From positions 170,246-234,245 of the forward strand of contig MNCI01000425.1 in the NCBI GenBank assembly GCA_015680685.1: DNA of 64,000 bases, read 5' to 3'. The notes under the pieces are model-generated. The model had not been told where the DNA came from and did no database searches. It saw only the letters and a list, made by a program, of their open reading frames with translations. This stretch comes from Gnetum montanum. Lineage: Eukaryota > Plantae > Gnetophyta. Below, piece after piece: positions 13,503-26,728 of the stretch; position 1 is the stretch's first letter; each line of letters opens with the position of its first letter. The position numbers and the translations under genes were made by a program.

Positions 13503-14506
13503 TAGTGCAAGGGGTTGCACCTTGGTAGACCCCAATAGGATCCAATCCATAACTTTCAAGAAAATCTAGCCTATAAAATAAAAATAACATAATAAAATGA
13601 AGAAAATATTCATTATATTAAGATAATTATCAAAATACATAGAAAATACATCAGATATGAGGAGCCAAGCTCAACTCAGAACTCTCCCAAGGATCTCAAA
13701 GGCCATACTTGTCCTCTCTTAATCCTCAATTGCTCATAATGGAGCCCAAGCTCAAGACAAGACACTTATAAGAGATTCTCCTAACCTCTCTCAAGTGCTC
13801 TCCCTTGCCTTTCACTCAACTTCCTTGCACAGCCTCTTTTCTTGTATAAGCTTTCTTCCCTCAAGAGCTCTTTCACTTTCCCTCTATTAGGATGTTTGGC
13901 CTTCAACATTTTCACTTTGACCCTTGGCACTTCAGCACTTGACACGACAACACTTGGAATGGTGAATTACATCAATATTTATAAGCAACTAAAAGATAAG
14001 AACCCTAGAAATCTTTTGTCAACTTAACTTGATGTTCTTTAGATGTTTCCCAAGTCTTCTCACCTTCTCTTTAGTCATTTCCATCTTGCTTTAGTTGTTT
14101 CCTAAATTGGAATAGGTGTTTTTGAAAGTTTCCTTATGCACCTAGCTTGTCTCTAGCTTTGCTAGGATGTCTACTATAAAATCCATGCTTTTGGAAGAGA
14201 TTTCTACTATTTTTTGTACATGTCTACTATAGACTTGGGATGTCTACACTTCAAGGGAGACATCTCTAAGGAGACATCTATCTTATAGGTACTAAAAATA
14301 AAACTACTTGTTTAGATGATGAAAGCCTTTGGATTCCTCCAAACAAGTCTCCATAGACCCTACAACTTCCTAAGCTTATCAAAATGAGCCAAAAACACTC
14401 CAAAACATGCCAAAACATCCAAGAATCATCCTCAACAAAATCAACACAAAAAGACACATAGCATGTAGGGTGGAACAAGGGGATCAAAAGAGGTGTCCCT
14501 ACACCA
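13503..14506 (-). mobile_element. Solo LTR related to the CRM-like family
   Basis: Right end ggggatcaaaagaggtgtccctacacca matches the reverse complement of the LTR start at 46831. Left end tagtg. TSD taaat (13498-13502) / tgaat (14507-14511). Carries the same AGACATCT/GATGTCT motif array. Confidence 0.8.
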
Positions 14507-15961
14507 TGAATCAATATCTACCTCAATCATATCTAGAATTATGTAAAAACTACTAGTTACAACTAGGATTTTAGAATACTTGGTTTGTCCAATTTAAGAG
14601 ATAATATCTGACTCAAATTTTTCAAAAATTAATCAAAGATTTTACAATTCAACAAAATAAGGAACCCTTCAAAATTCATAAGATGATGGATTTAAATAGG
14701 GACTCCACTTTTGAATAATTAATAATGCATGAAAATGATTGAGAACACTAAATCAAGAACTTTAGAAACCATTTTTCAATTAACAAATTCTCCTAGCAAA
14801 AATAAGTTTAACAAATAATGATTATGGACAACATTGAAGCCTTGATCTTTTCAAATCATATTTAAATGACTTTAAAAACTTGAGGAATGAGGTAAATAAC
14901 CTAGAATTTGCATGAAAACATAACATCTAGAAATTTCTAAGTAATAAATTCACATAAATCATCAAGAAATTCATAGAATAACAAAGAAGAGGTGGTTTTT
15001 CTTAAGGAATCACATATTGAATCTAACGACATTGCATGTAATATCAATAAAATTATATAAGATCGAAAATACTTTTAAAAATTGTCTAATAGAAGCAATT
15101 TTTTTGTTTTTATCACTTCCTAGCAAGGTCACAAAATTTCTTATCAAGGAATTTGCACTACCAAATCCATGAGTGAATTAATTATCATCAACTAAATAAT
15201 AGATATTACCATGTCTTGTGATTGAGTTTTCTTAGTTAGTAGTGGGAATCATAGATCTTTGAGATGTCCTAGTCTACATGCAATAGTAAGGTGATCCTTA
15301 GTACATCCCACCCCATGGGTATAAGGATTAGGATGAATTTCTAATCTTGGATTTTAATTTATAAGTTCATGCATGCTTGAGGATTTAACAAAGATCATGC
15401 CACTAAGTAGATAAGTTTAATGATGTGTGTTGAGGTATAGACAAGACCCATTCATTCGAGGTGTGTAATAATGATCACTAAAAATATTAATAATGAGACT
15501 ATTGCCAAGATGCAACAATGAGAGACTTGCTTTTGATCACTTAGGATAATCCAATGTTAGTAGTAATGTTATGCTAAGACTTGTTTTCTTGTTTTAGTAG
15601 TAAAGATAAACCAATACCTACCCTTTGAAGAATCTTAAATTAATTATAAAATATTTAAATTTTTGGAAATTTTGTGAAACTTTTGGATTTTGGAATATTT
15701 TTAAATAGTTAATTTAAATATTTTGGATTTCATCATTAGTAATACTTTTCATTAATGAAGTTGAAATCTGTAGGTCTTCTTTGGGCTATAAAAGCTTATT
15801 ACCTCTTCTCATTTTAGGGCTAAATTTCAACAAAAGAATGTAGATTTTTAACTTCAAAGAGTTGTAATCTTCATCACTTGCCACATTGTTTCATTAACAT
15901 TAATCATCTTTAGCTAAATGATCATCAAGATAATCAGCACCTCAACATTCAAAGTTGCTCA

Positions 15962-17616
15962 TGAAACACCATCAATTTTGGGCTTTTGTGACTCAATACC
16001 AGATTTGTCTAAGCATCAAGACCTAGGCAAAATTTCTCCAAGTGTGGTGTCATGCTGGGCTGCACAAATAGCATGGCACCCTGGAGGTCCTAACACCTAC
16101 AAAGTTTTTTCTGAGTCTATCTACTACGCCCCTTGGCACAGTCAATGTTGCATCCATGTCCATGGCCAGTTTTCACCAAAAGGACACCAAGGGTGGGCCA
16201 AAAAATTCAGAAAATTTTCTATCTTTCAAGCCATCCTGATAGCCAATCCACCTAGGTGCTAGGCTAGGAGTAGTCAAAAGTGTTCAAGATGCACAAAATA
16301 GTTCAGCAAATTTTCTATTTTTGACCTACTATGCTCCACTGCGCTACATAGCGTAGACAGCGTAGCAGGCCATCTAGGATTGAAATTTTTCAAAGTGTTG
16401 AACCAAACATAGAAGGTGCGTTAGGGTAATTCTTCAACTTCTAAGGCTACCTATCCTACTTCACCGTAGGGTGTGACCAATGTGTCATAGGAAAGCTTTG
16501 CAAATTTTTCCAAAATTTGGCCCAAATTGATGCCACGCTATGCTACACTAAATAGTGTAGCACAAGTTCAAAGCCCAAATTTTCTCTAAGTGTTGGATCA
16601 GAAAATAGTCAAGCTATCTAGCTGCATTTAGTGAATTTCTAACTCTTGACGTTACTTGGCTAGCTGCACAATAGGATGTGATTAGCCTATCATGAAGGAA
16701 AATTACAAGTCTTATCAAGAATTAGCCAAAAATAGGTGCTATGCTGCACAGCGTAGCGTAGCGTAACAAAGATGCTAGGGTCCAAAACTTCCTAAGTATG
16801 AAGCAGAAAGTTGCCAAGCCATTCAAACATGAAAGATGCATTTTTAAGCTGATAAAATTCCCTACTTGGCTACATGTGGGAGTGTGATCAAGAAGCATTT
16901 CAAAATTTGGTCAAAATTCATCAAAATAGGGTTCTACACTCTGCTACGTTGTGTAGTGTAGATAGCATAGTAGGGAAAAAATGTAAAAATTTCCAAGTGT
17001 TCATGCAATGCTTTGCTACACTAGGTAGTGTAGATAGCATAGCACTTAGGAAACACCCTCCAAATGCCTCCAGAATCTCCCAAAATTCAGCATCAACTAT
17101 CATTCCTACTCTAACATCTCTCTAGTGGCCAAAGTGAGCAGTCTATTTTGTTTTTGCACCCCTTGTTGTCCCTAAAATTGTCCTATGCTTGACCTTACTC
17201 AAAAGAGGAGGGAAGACATAGTCCCGGAGCATAGGCTCCAATTTGCATTTTTTCTAGGCATCTTGTAAAAAAACATGGTAGTTCTTTAGATTTTGACACA
17301 TGTGATTTGGGTAGTATGGTCACAGTTTGGTAGATTTTTTGTTCTTTTTCTTGTCCTATCTAGCATAGCACCACACTTTGAGCGTAGCACATTAGTGTAA
17401 CACATCCACGTTCGTGCTACATGCGACCCAGGACATGTGGACATGATTATTTGCACATGATCATTTTAACACCATCTAAGTCCCTGTCTGATTGATAAGA
17501 CTCTTCAAGACACCCCATTTTTTTTTCTCCAACATCACCCTCCCTCTTACGCAGGGTTAGGTTTTGCACTTGACAACCTCTTGGTGTTCTAGCCACTGAC
17601 ATTTTTAGATGCTATA
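15962..17616 (+). repeat. Tat 5' LTR
   Basis: Starts tgaaacaccatcaattttgggc, as at 34859. Ends atgctata versus acactgca in the 3' copy. Confidence 0.9.
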
Positions 17617-17621
17617 GTTTT

Positions 17622-17638
17622 TGATGCTAAAAGGATGG
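17622..17638 (+). promoter_or_regulatory. Probable decayed primer binding site
   Basis: tgatgctaaaaggatgg just after the LTR, consistent with a C>T/G>A-decayed TGGCGCTAGAAGGAGG-type motif. Cognate primer not determined. Confidence 0.5.
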
Positions 17639-18093
17639 CTTGAACCTCCGTGTCCCTTCTATGTGTCACGGGTAGTCCTAAATGCCTTCTATACCTCCTT
17701 GCTAACATAAATGTAACACCCCCGTGGACTTGCTATGGCAGTTGCTACATCACAGGCTAGCGTGGGGTTGTTTACGTTTTAGTTGGTACAGTCAGGTCAC
17801 AGTTGAAAGTTCCCCTAGAACCCCATATGATAAAGAGCCCAAAATTGTATATTACGTTAAACTCTGTGTTTCGTGTAGCATAATACATGGACCGTAACAC
17901 GTGTAGTATAACATGTATAGCATAACAAGTGTAGCATAAAAACCTTGTCAACATGACAGTTCCATCTAGCGTAGCGAGTGTAGCAGCATAAACCACTACT
18001 TTTTCAACATTTCTAGACTTTGTCATTTCTAGTCCATTTTTTGTGTAGCTTACCTATTTCGTTGCTTCTTATGTCCTTTTTGACATAGCAAAA

Positions 18094-20520
18094 ATGAATC
18101 CACCTAGCTTCTTAGTTACCACTTTCAGCTTGGGGATAGCCCATACCTTGCAACATGCAACGGATACTGAGCAACCACCTAGCCTAGTGTGGATACCACA
18201 ATAGTCTCTTCAATTACAACATCAATTCCCTAAATGCATAGCTCGTGATGAAGAGTGATATAACTTTTTATGTGCAAGGATCCAAGTAGGTCTCCCGTTG
18301 GACTATCTGGAATACAAAGAAAATTATAACTTTGAAATTATTCACTAGAATGGGAGGGAGTTCCTTCCTACTCCTAGGGCCATTATACCACTCACTAAAA
18401 CATTTCAATGGATATTAAATCAACATATTCGACTGAGTGCATCAAAAGAGTGAGACATGACATTTCACTATGAGGAAACCCTTCATGATGGGCAAGAGGA
18501 ATTTGAGTCCCATTCCAAAAGTGATGGCCTACTTTACCTAACAACTTCACAAACCACTCCTATGTTATATCCACACTAGTTATAGTCCTCTACCTCTTTG
18601 GTGAAAGTGACAACACTTTTACAGCCCAAACCTTCCTTGGTCATAGGTAGTCATCAAATGTTGCCAACTCAATAGCATTCATGGCCTTTGATTTCCTTTC
18701 ACTTTAATATTTCTTCGTAGTCTATATAGTTTTCTCAACCTGTGATGTCTACATTACCATAAGTACATACCATGTCTATGACACAACCACAAATGGGCCT
18801 TACTTCCATTATCTCGTCTACGTCAATTCCACCACCACCACCAGTCCCAACCTTAATTTCATGGTGGGCACTGACGTTGTTCCCTACTATCCAACTATCA
18901 TAGATACCATAGTATGTGCAGCCCTAGATGTATCAAGCTTTTCACATAGCACAACCAACCATGGGGCTATGGGCTACTTTAGCAATGGGGTAGGTGACCA
19001 TTCCCATGACACCACAAATGGTTGTTACTTTTGCAGCACCACCCACAGGATTATGGGCCACTCAAGTGACCCCACCAATGGAAGCTGCTCCAATAACTTC
19101 CCCCACTAGGACTCGTAGTTCCACCACTAACACCACCCATGATGACTGCCCCGGTGATGCCATCGACAGTTCAACTTATGCAACCTACTGTAACACCCTC
19201 AGGTCTAGACTAAGCCTTTCAACTTATTTAGACCCTCATTGATGAAGTTAAGCAGCTTAAAGCCACTGGTTCTGAAATAGCCCCAATCATGGACTTTTAT
19301 CACGATGACCTAGTTAGCCTAGTTGTTCTTTCACTTACGTTGCCTCCTAGGGTGCAACTCCCTAAGTTCACAAAATATAATGGAGAGGATGATCCAAATG
19401 CCCATCTCATTCCTTTCAGATTTGAGTTCCCATTATTACAACCATGGCTGCATGCAATCATTCATGTTTTTGCCATGTCATTAACTAGTAATTCTTTGGA
19501 TTAGTATTGCACGCTTCATCACATGTCAATTTCAATGTTAGAAGAATTTTTGAGCTAATTTGTGACTTGCTTCAAGTATAACTTGAAGCTAAAAGCTACC
19601 TTAGATCAACTTATGAATGTTAAGTAAGAACCATTAGAACTTGTTCAAAAATTTATACAACGTTGGAGTGCTTCTTTGAATGAAATCCATGAACTAATCA
19701 CCAAATCACATTTACTTGCTATTTTTAAAGGTGTTGTAAATGATTTCATTAATCTAAGTTATATTACTTAGCACCACGTTCCCTTAGCAAGGCTTTCATG
19801 CAAACAAAAAGTATACAAGATGTAGCAAAAGTGAATAAAGATCCAACTTACATAACTTACAAAAACATGTATGCAAAGAAAGAAAAGAAAAAGGAAAAGG
19901 CCACTGTGGCTAATGAAACTAAGCCCAACAACAAACAGCCTACCAAAGTGCCTAAAACCACAACCACTACTACTAAAGCACCAAGCTCTAGCAACACGGG
20001 GGTTAGCCAACCTATAGTGCTGACAGCCATGGCACAAGCTTTGCTGAGGCCAAATTTCAAGTGTAAGGATCACTCTAAATACACCCCATTACCAATTAAG
20101 CTATCGAAGCTATTGGACCAACTATTGAATGTTGGGTGCATTCAATTTAAGCAAATGTTAGAGGAGGCCCATAAGCATCACGAGAGGTATTGTAAAATCC
20201 TTCAAGACCCCTATGTAGCCATGCCTAACGAGTCTCCTATGCCTAAAATTTTAGGCTCAAACGATTATGTAACTAACACCAGTTGTGTGGTCATGATATC
20301 AACTATTTCCTAGCATTAAAAGATGACATTCAATGCATGATTGATCAAGGTAAGCTAGTTATTGATGAAAATAGTCCTATCCAACTAGAAAACCAGTCAA
20401 TGAATGTCTACAAAGACCCATTGAATACTAGTAATACAGGATACACTATTAATGTTATTAGTGTCGATGACAGTATAGAGTCTACACATAAGTTGTTTGT
20501 GGTCCATCCACCTTCTTAAG
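18094..20520 (+). pseudogene. gag: Tat gag (long P/T/S-rich N-terminus, retrotrans_gag core, Cys/His knuckle)
   Basis: LPPRVQLPKFTKYNGEDDPNAHL...FAMSLT, YTPLPIKLS and C..HQLCGHDINYFLALKDDIQCMIDQGKL. Confidence 0.85.
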
Positions 20521-21202
20521 GTACTGCAGTTTTAGTGACACCTAGGCCACAACCTTCTTTTGATATTAAAAGGTAGCCACAGGAGCTCGATGCCCCCTTT
20601 GTGATTAAGGCCCCTCAACGTGCTATTCCAACAATGCAAGTGCCTTTTGTTATAAGAGTACCAAAGCATACAAACTCACCACCTACCTAGAGTTTGATGG
20701 TTGGAACTACATCACAACCACCTCGCATCAAAAAACGTGATGAGCACCTAGTGGATAAGATGACTAGAGAATGTACTATGCTAGGCCCCCCTAAGCCCAT
20801 TCCTTTATTGGTGATTCCCATGGCCTCACAATTTAAAGATAAAATAGAAATGCATTCACAATGACCAACTACTAAGGCTCAAAAGCCTACCACTCAACCA
20901 AAAGTCAAACCCCTTCTTTTCAAGGAATTTGTCTCTTAGGGTACATGGAAGAAGTAAAAACTACAAAAATACCGAATGTTGGGCAAGACTTTCTAGACAC
21001 CCTTACACAAGTTAAACAGGCTCTAAAATAAAAAAATACAACATTAAGCTTGTATGATTTAATAATGACCTCCATAGTGCACATTGAAGCCTTGATTCAT
21101 GTGTTGGAATCTATACCTATTAAAGAGGACACACCCATAGAGGAAACAGCCATTCATGTTGTTATGCTTCCATCTATGGCCAAAGAAGAATAGGTAACTC
21201 AC

Positions 21203-21880
21203 TTGACTTTTTATGATGAAGCTATTAAAGCTGATTCCAAGAAAGGTCAGGAAACCACTACTCCTATGTTCATAATGATTCAAGTAGGTCAATACAAGAT
21301 CCATAGGGTGCACATTGATGATAGAGCCCCAACCAATATGATCCTATTCCCTATTGTTGACAAGCTAGGCCTAGTAGACCAAATCAAGCCCACAACAACT
21401 TCTTTTCTAAAGTCTTTCAATAGGACATGCGTGGTGGTCAAGGGGACTGTTACTATCAACTTTGTAGTAGGGGATCAGTTCCCCACTAACATAGAATTCA
21501 TTGTGGTGGAGGAGATGCCCGAGTTCAATTTAATATTGGGAAGATCTTGGTTAGCCCAACTAAGGGCCATCTCTTCACCAATACATTAAGAGATCCATCT
21601 ACCTTATGTAGGTAGAGAAGTGGTGCTCTTTAGTGATGATGTATCCCATCAAGCTATAAACAACATAGACATGGAGCAAAGGTTGGAGATAGAAATCTCT
21701 AAAGGTGTGTTACCTACCCATATCGAAACCCAATGTTGCTTTGCCAGTAAGCCTGAGAAAATTGATGAGCTGCACAAACAAACTATATGGGTAGAGTTTC
21801 CTTTCTTAATAGCCGATGATGACTTAGAGGAATATTTCTTTAAGTCCTCTAGGCCATACGCCTTGCCTAACCCACATTAG
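21203..21880 (+). pseudogene. Tat aspartic protease and linker, up to the putative splice donor
   Basis: IHRVHIDDRAPTNMI (LIDDGA-like) and FNLILGRSWL..LRAISSPIH. ORFs 21203-21589 and 21620-21880 are in the same frame. Confidence 0.85.
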
Positions 21881-22003
21881 GTTAGGAAATAGTTACACGA
21901 TTAGGGCATGGCCCTACTTTACTTCTTTGATCCCTTTTTTTTAATACTTTCTATTTGTACAAGTTTCAATTTTTCATTGTGTTTACCTTTTTTGTTAGTT
22001 ATA

Positions 22004-22409
22004 AACTAGTCATGGCCCAAAATGGCCTTAAATTAGCAATGGCCCAAAATGGCCTTAAACTAGTCAAGGCCTGAAATGGCCTTAAACTAGTCACAGCCCG
22101 AAATGGCCTTAAACTAACACATGGCCTGCCAAGGCCTAAAATTGACAACCTCCTCTAAGCTTAAATTACCCATGGGCCGAAATGGCCTTAAACTAGCTAT
22201 GGCTCAAAATGGCCCTAAACTAGCAATGGTCCAAAATGGCCTTAAACAAGCCATGGCCCGAAATGGCTTTAAACTAGCCACGACTTGAAATGGTCTTAGA
22301 CTACCCATGGCCTAAAATGGCCTTAAACTAGCTATGGCCTAAAATGGCCTTAAACTAACTATGGTCTTAAATGGCCTTAAACTATAACATGGGGTCCATA
22401 AGGGGCCTA
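22004..22409 (+). repeat. Tandem array, about 15 x 27 bp (aactagccatggcccaaaatggcctta)
   Basis: Head-to-tail units read directly from the sequence, with no unique spacers. Confidence 0.95.
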
Positions 22410-25124
22410 AATACATCAACCAAAATATTAGGCAAAGGAAATGGAACAAGCACTTTACTTTTTATCACATTGCAAATTCATGGTCCAAAAAATCATGTTC
22501 ACACTTAGAGTTGCAACATCACTCGATAATGGGGATTACATTTTAAAATCATAAAACATCAATGAAGAGGCTATGGGTCTTCTCCTATGTCTTTAGCTAC
22601 TTCCCCACTAGGTCCTCCATCCTCAACTAGATCTTGCATACATCAAGAACAAGACCAAAACAATAAGCTAATGAGCAAGTGAGGCCATGCATATATCTAT
22701 CATGAAATAAATTGCGATAAAGTAAAATTAGGCTAACCTAAGATGGGCCTACATCCATGTCTAGTGGTACTTTATCAAGACCAGATGCCAAGTGTCAAAA
22801 GATTTCTTTCTCACTAAAACTGGCCTAATCTTTTTCTTCAAAATCAATGCCAGCTAAGATCTTTCCTTTCTCCACAGTCATCCATGTGGGTGGCCCTAGA
22901 GAAAAGGTAGTAGAGGTGGCCTCTCCAGAAGGCATGGTTATCTTCCTCTCAAGAGATTCACTAACCACTAGATGCTTCACTAATTTATTATAGGCCCGGG
23001 TAGCACCGATCACATCAAGGAATAGCTCATGATTACAAAATTCTACATATGCATCCCTGTAGTTTTGGCGATAAGTTGTACATTCCATCTTATACATGTG
23101 TTTTTGATTCTTCTATGCCTACCCCCATTCATATACCTTAGCACTATAATCTTTCCAATCCTAATTCTTTTATGCCAAGAGATCTATCTGTAGATGTTGT
23201 TCAATTACTTCATGCATGGCCTCATTTTTTCCTTGTATGGTCGACCAATATCTGGCATAATCAATTATGACCATACGCCAACTACCGTAAAAATTCTCAT
23301 GAGCCATTAGGAATTCATTTCATGACCACAAATCTTCCAGCTCAGCTATTTGATTCACTTTTTCCTTCTTGAGCTTCTGAACTCATTTTCAGAGGTCTTT
23401 GTTAACATGTCTACACTCCCATAGTGACCATGCCTAATGTAATGCACATCTACTTGCATCATAATATATGTGACAAGGCACTTCTATTACCTTTGGAGGG
23501 AGTTCAGGCAAAACTTCCACTTCAACTACCTGTTTTGAGTCCCATTTGAGTCATGAAGTTGTTACACTAAAATAGGAAAGTGTTAGTCGTAGGATGGTAA
23601 CAAAATGAAACAACACATAAAAAGAAACTGCCATAGCCCAAGCACACCTATCTTAGGGCCAATTTTCTTTAGGAAATCAATTATGTCATCTACTATGCCT
23701 TCCATAAAGGTGAACTTATCTGGAGTTTCTAGCCATGGCTCTAGATAGAAAGTAGATGAAGACATGTGGCCCTTAGCAGAACTAGTACCCATTGTGCAGT
23801 AAAGCATGTTAGCATTATGGAGAGAAGAGGAAAAATGAGAGGATAACATAAATAATAGTGCAAAGCTCCTACCTAGCAAATCCTTAGGGGTGAGAGTGGG
23901 GGGTTACCCATCGGCACATTGTCAAATAAATTAGCAAACTCACCATCCTCAAAATGCAGCACCTCCTATTTGAGCTACCTTAAAAGTGTAGCCACTTCCT
24001 CTACTATCATATGTCCCTCAGGTTCTAGAACATTGTCTACAAAAGGATCCTCTGCAGCAAGGGTCATCTCTTTCGTAGTAGGGACCTCCTCTTCTATAGT
24101 AGGGGCCTCCTCTTTAGGAGCTAAAGCCTTTTTCTCATCTTCCAACCACAACCCAAGATTAGGGTACTAGTCCAATAAAGATATGCAATCATAAAAGGGA
24201 GAAGGAAGGTTGCAAATAAGTTAGCTAAGGCATACTTACCAACAAGCTCAAATTGCACATTACAAACTTTGATCCATAGCCTTTTGCCCCTCCCTTCGCT
24301 CACATATGAAGGATCTTCTACAGGACTAGTCTTCTTGATCTGAAACTTTGATTTTATTGTTTCAACGATGAAGCATGCCCCCCTCACTCCATTACCTATG
24401 TTTGTGAGGGGATCCTCTCCAAAGCTATCGCGTGTATGAAAAGACGATCTTGCCCGATCCTTGGTCATTATTGAAAAAGACTCCCGATAAGTTCTGGAGG
24501 ATCTTGAGATCGAGTGGTGTGAATACATGCTGGATCCATGGTTTTGATATCTAGGTACGAGCCTGTATCACCTATATCCCATTCTCTTGGACCACCAAAA
24601 ATTCAGCAAACCAATGCAAACAAGCGATGAAAAAGGTAAAGTGCACATGGAAACATGTATCAAGATTGCCTCGTAGCCTAGTCATTTCCACCCATAGGAC
24701 TTCTAAGAGATACTTAGCCCAATTATATCACATCCCCTCTTCCATTACATCTCTCATAACCTAGGCCTACTCTACCCCAAGGATTTTCACTTGGGAGAGC
24801 AATTTGGGGAAGGCACGAGCCCAGAAGATGGGGTAAATATTTTGGGCTACCTCTAATCTAACCTTTTTCATATAGATGCCTTTGTGATCCTTGTTGGTAC
24901 CTAACCATTCTTCTATGCCTCCTCAATGGTCTACATCCTTACTAGTCCTCTCCCCCATGGGTAAACCATCAAAAGGGACACCAAAGAGATCTGAAAAAAA
25001 TACTATTGGTGATCTCAAACACCACTCACACGCCATGAACTCATGTACAGAAGTAGTCTGCACTTTCAGTGAAAGAATTCACAAGGGCAATCATTTCCAT
25101 GGATAGGATCCTTGGGTTTATAGC

Positions 25125-26728
25125 TGATGAGTGGTGAGGTACCCCTACACTCAACCATACGAATACGAGCATGCATGCATGATCTGGTCGAACTCCGCAG
25201 ACTAAATGCCTTAACACCACAAGAAACACTTGGGGTTAATCGTTCGTTGTCTTCCTAGGCTTGCTTGTAAGTGTCACGGTGTATGATAAAGCAAGTCTGA
25301 GGTATGTGATTTTTTTGGTATTTTCAAGTTTATCTTCTAAGCTATGAGAGGAAAGGGTTGATAAACTAAGCTAACTCTAACTAATNNNNNNNNNNNNNNN
25401 NNNNNNNNNNNNNNNNNNNNNNNNNNNNNNNNNNNNNNNNNNNNNNNNNNNNNNNNNNNNNNNNNNNNNNNNNNNNNNNNNNNNNNNNNNNNNNNNNNNN
25501 NNNNNNNNNNNNNNNNNNNNNNNNNNNNNNNNNNNNNNNNNNNNNNNNNNNNNNNNNNNNNNNNNNNNNNNNNNNNNNNNNNNNNNNNNNNNNNNNNNNN
25601 NNNNNNNNNNNNNNNNNNNNNNNNNNNNNNNNNNNNNNNNNNNNNNNNNNNNNNNNNNNNNNNNNNNNNNNNNNNNNNNNNNNNNNNNNNNNNNNNNNNN
25701 NNNNNNNNNNNNNNNNNNNNNNNNNNNNNNNNNNNNNNNNNNNNNNNNNNNNNNNNNNNNNNNNNNNNNNNNNNNNNNNNNNNNNNNNNNNNNNNNNNNN
25801 NNNNNNNNNNNNNNNNNNNNNNNNNNNNNNNNNNNNNNNNNNNNNNNNNNNNNNNNNNNNNNNNNNNNNNNNNNNNNNNNNNNNNNNNNNNNNNNNNNNN
25901 NNNNNNNNNNNNNNNNNNNNNNNNNNNNNNNNNNNNNNNNNNNNNNNNNNNNNNNNNNNNNNNNNNNNNNNNNNNNNNNNNNNNNNNNNNNNNNNNNNNN
26001 NNNNNNNNNNNNNNNNNNNNNNNNNNNNNNNNNNNNNNNNNNNNNNNNNNNNNNNNNNNNNNNNNNNNNNNNNNNNNNNNNNNNNNNNNNNNNNNNNNNN
26101 NNNNNNNNNNNNNNNNNNNNNNNNNNNNNNNNNNNNNNNNNNNNNNNNNNNNNNNNNNNNNNNNNNNNNNNNNNNNNNNNNNNNNNNNNNNNNNNNNNNN
26201 NNNNNNNNNNNNNNNNNNNNNNNNNNNNNNNNNNNNNNNNNNNNNNNNNNNNNNNNNNNNNNNNNNNNNNNNNNNNNNNNNNNNNNNNNAGAATCCTGGA
26301 ATACGCTACTGGGTTACCAAGCAGCCAATGCTCGTAATCAAGTCGTACTCATGCGTTGCGACAAGCAGCTAATTCCTTGATTAGCCGTACATGTCCGTAG
26401 ATGCTCGTAATCAAGTCGTACTTATGCGCACTAGGAAAGCAGTAAATAAACAACAATAAAACCATGTACTACAAGGTTTATCCAATCAAGTTCGTCTTTA
26501 TTACCGTACACAACTTGGGTTTAGGTTACAAGCTACTCGAATAAAGAGTCGTTCACTCTAGGACTCCTACTACGGGCACATGGGAAAAATTCTAACTCTG
26601 GAGTGATCAATCTACCAGAGCTTCGCTACTTCTAGCCAGGATTGGGAAATGAAGGGAGTGCCGCCTCTTATTTATAGATATGGCGGCGAATGGCGATATC
26701 GCGGCACAGTGCATGTCGCATCTCATCA
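25125..26728 (-). mobile_element. Young Athila-family LTR insertion (solo LTR, or an element collapsed in the N gap)
   Basis: Termini TGATGAG...CTCATCA, perfect TSD atagc (25120-25124 / 26729-26733), CpG-rich, homologous to 7251-8178. Confidence 0.88.
25386..26289. other. Assembly gap (about 904 N)
   Basis: Run of N. Confidence 1.

Larger units (their letters stand above)
9500..15210 (-). mobile_element. L1-clade LINE, decayed, interrupted by a solo LTR
   Basis: ORF2 starts MSIISRNVQGL at 12865, then NIYGA, FTWSN, RLDQF, DHLP (endonuclease) and KAYDRIEW, VRQGCHL (RT). ORF1 DUF4283-like IIQKWSP at ~14700-14720. Both ends approximate. Confidence 0.8.

Noticed and set aside
15918-17125. ORFs in LTRs, and antisense shadow ORFs across the window (e.g. 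892-1260, 29441-29728, 44031-44324)
   Set aside because: They lie in LTRs or opposite real TE frames, are not conserved between LTR copies and have no recognisable motifs.
22004-22409. CRISPR-like appearance of the 27-bp array (also 33018-33358)
   Set aside because: Units are head-to-tail with no unique spacers, there are no cas genes, and the context is a eukaryotic retrotransposon.
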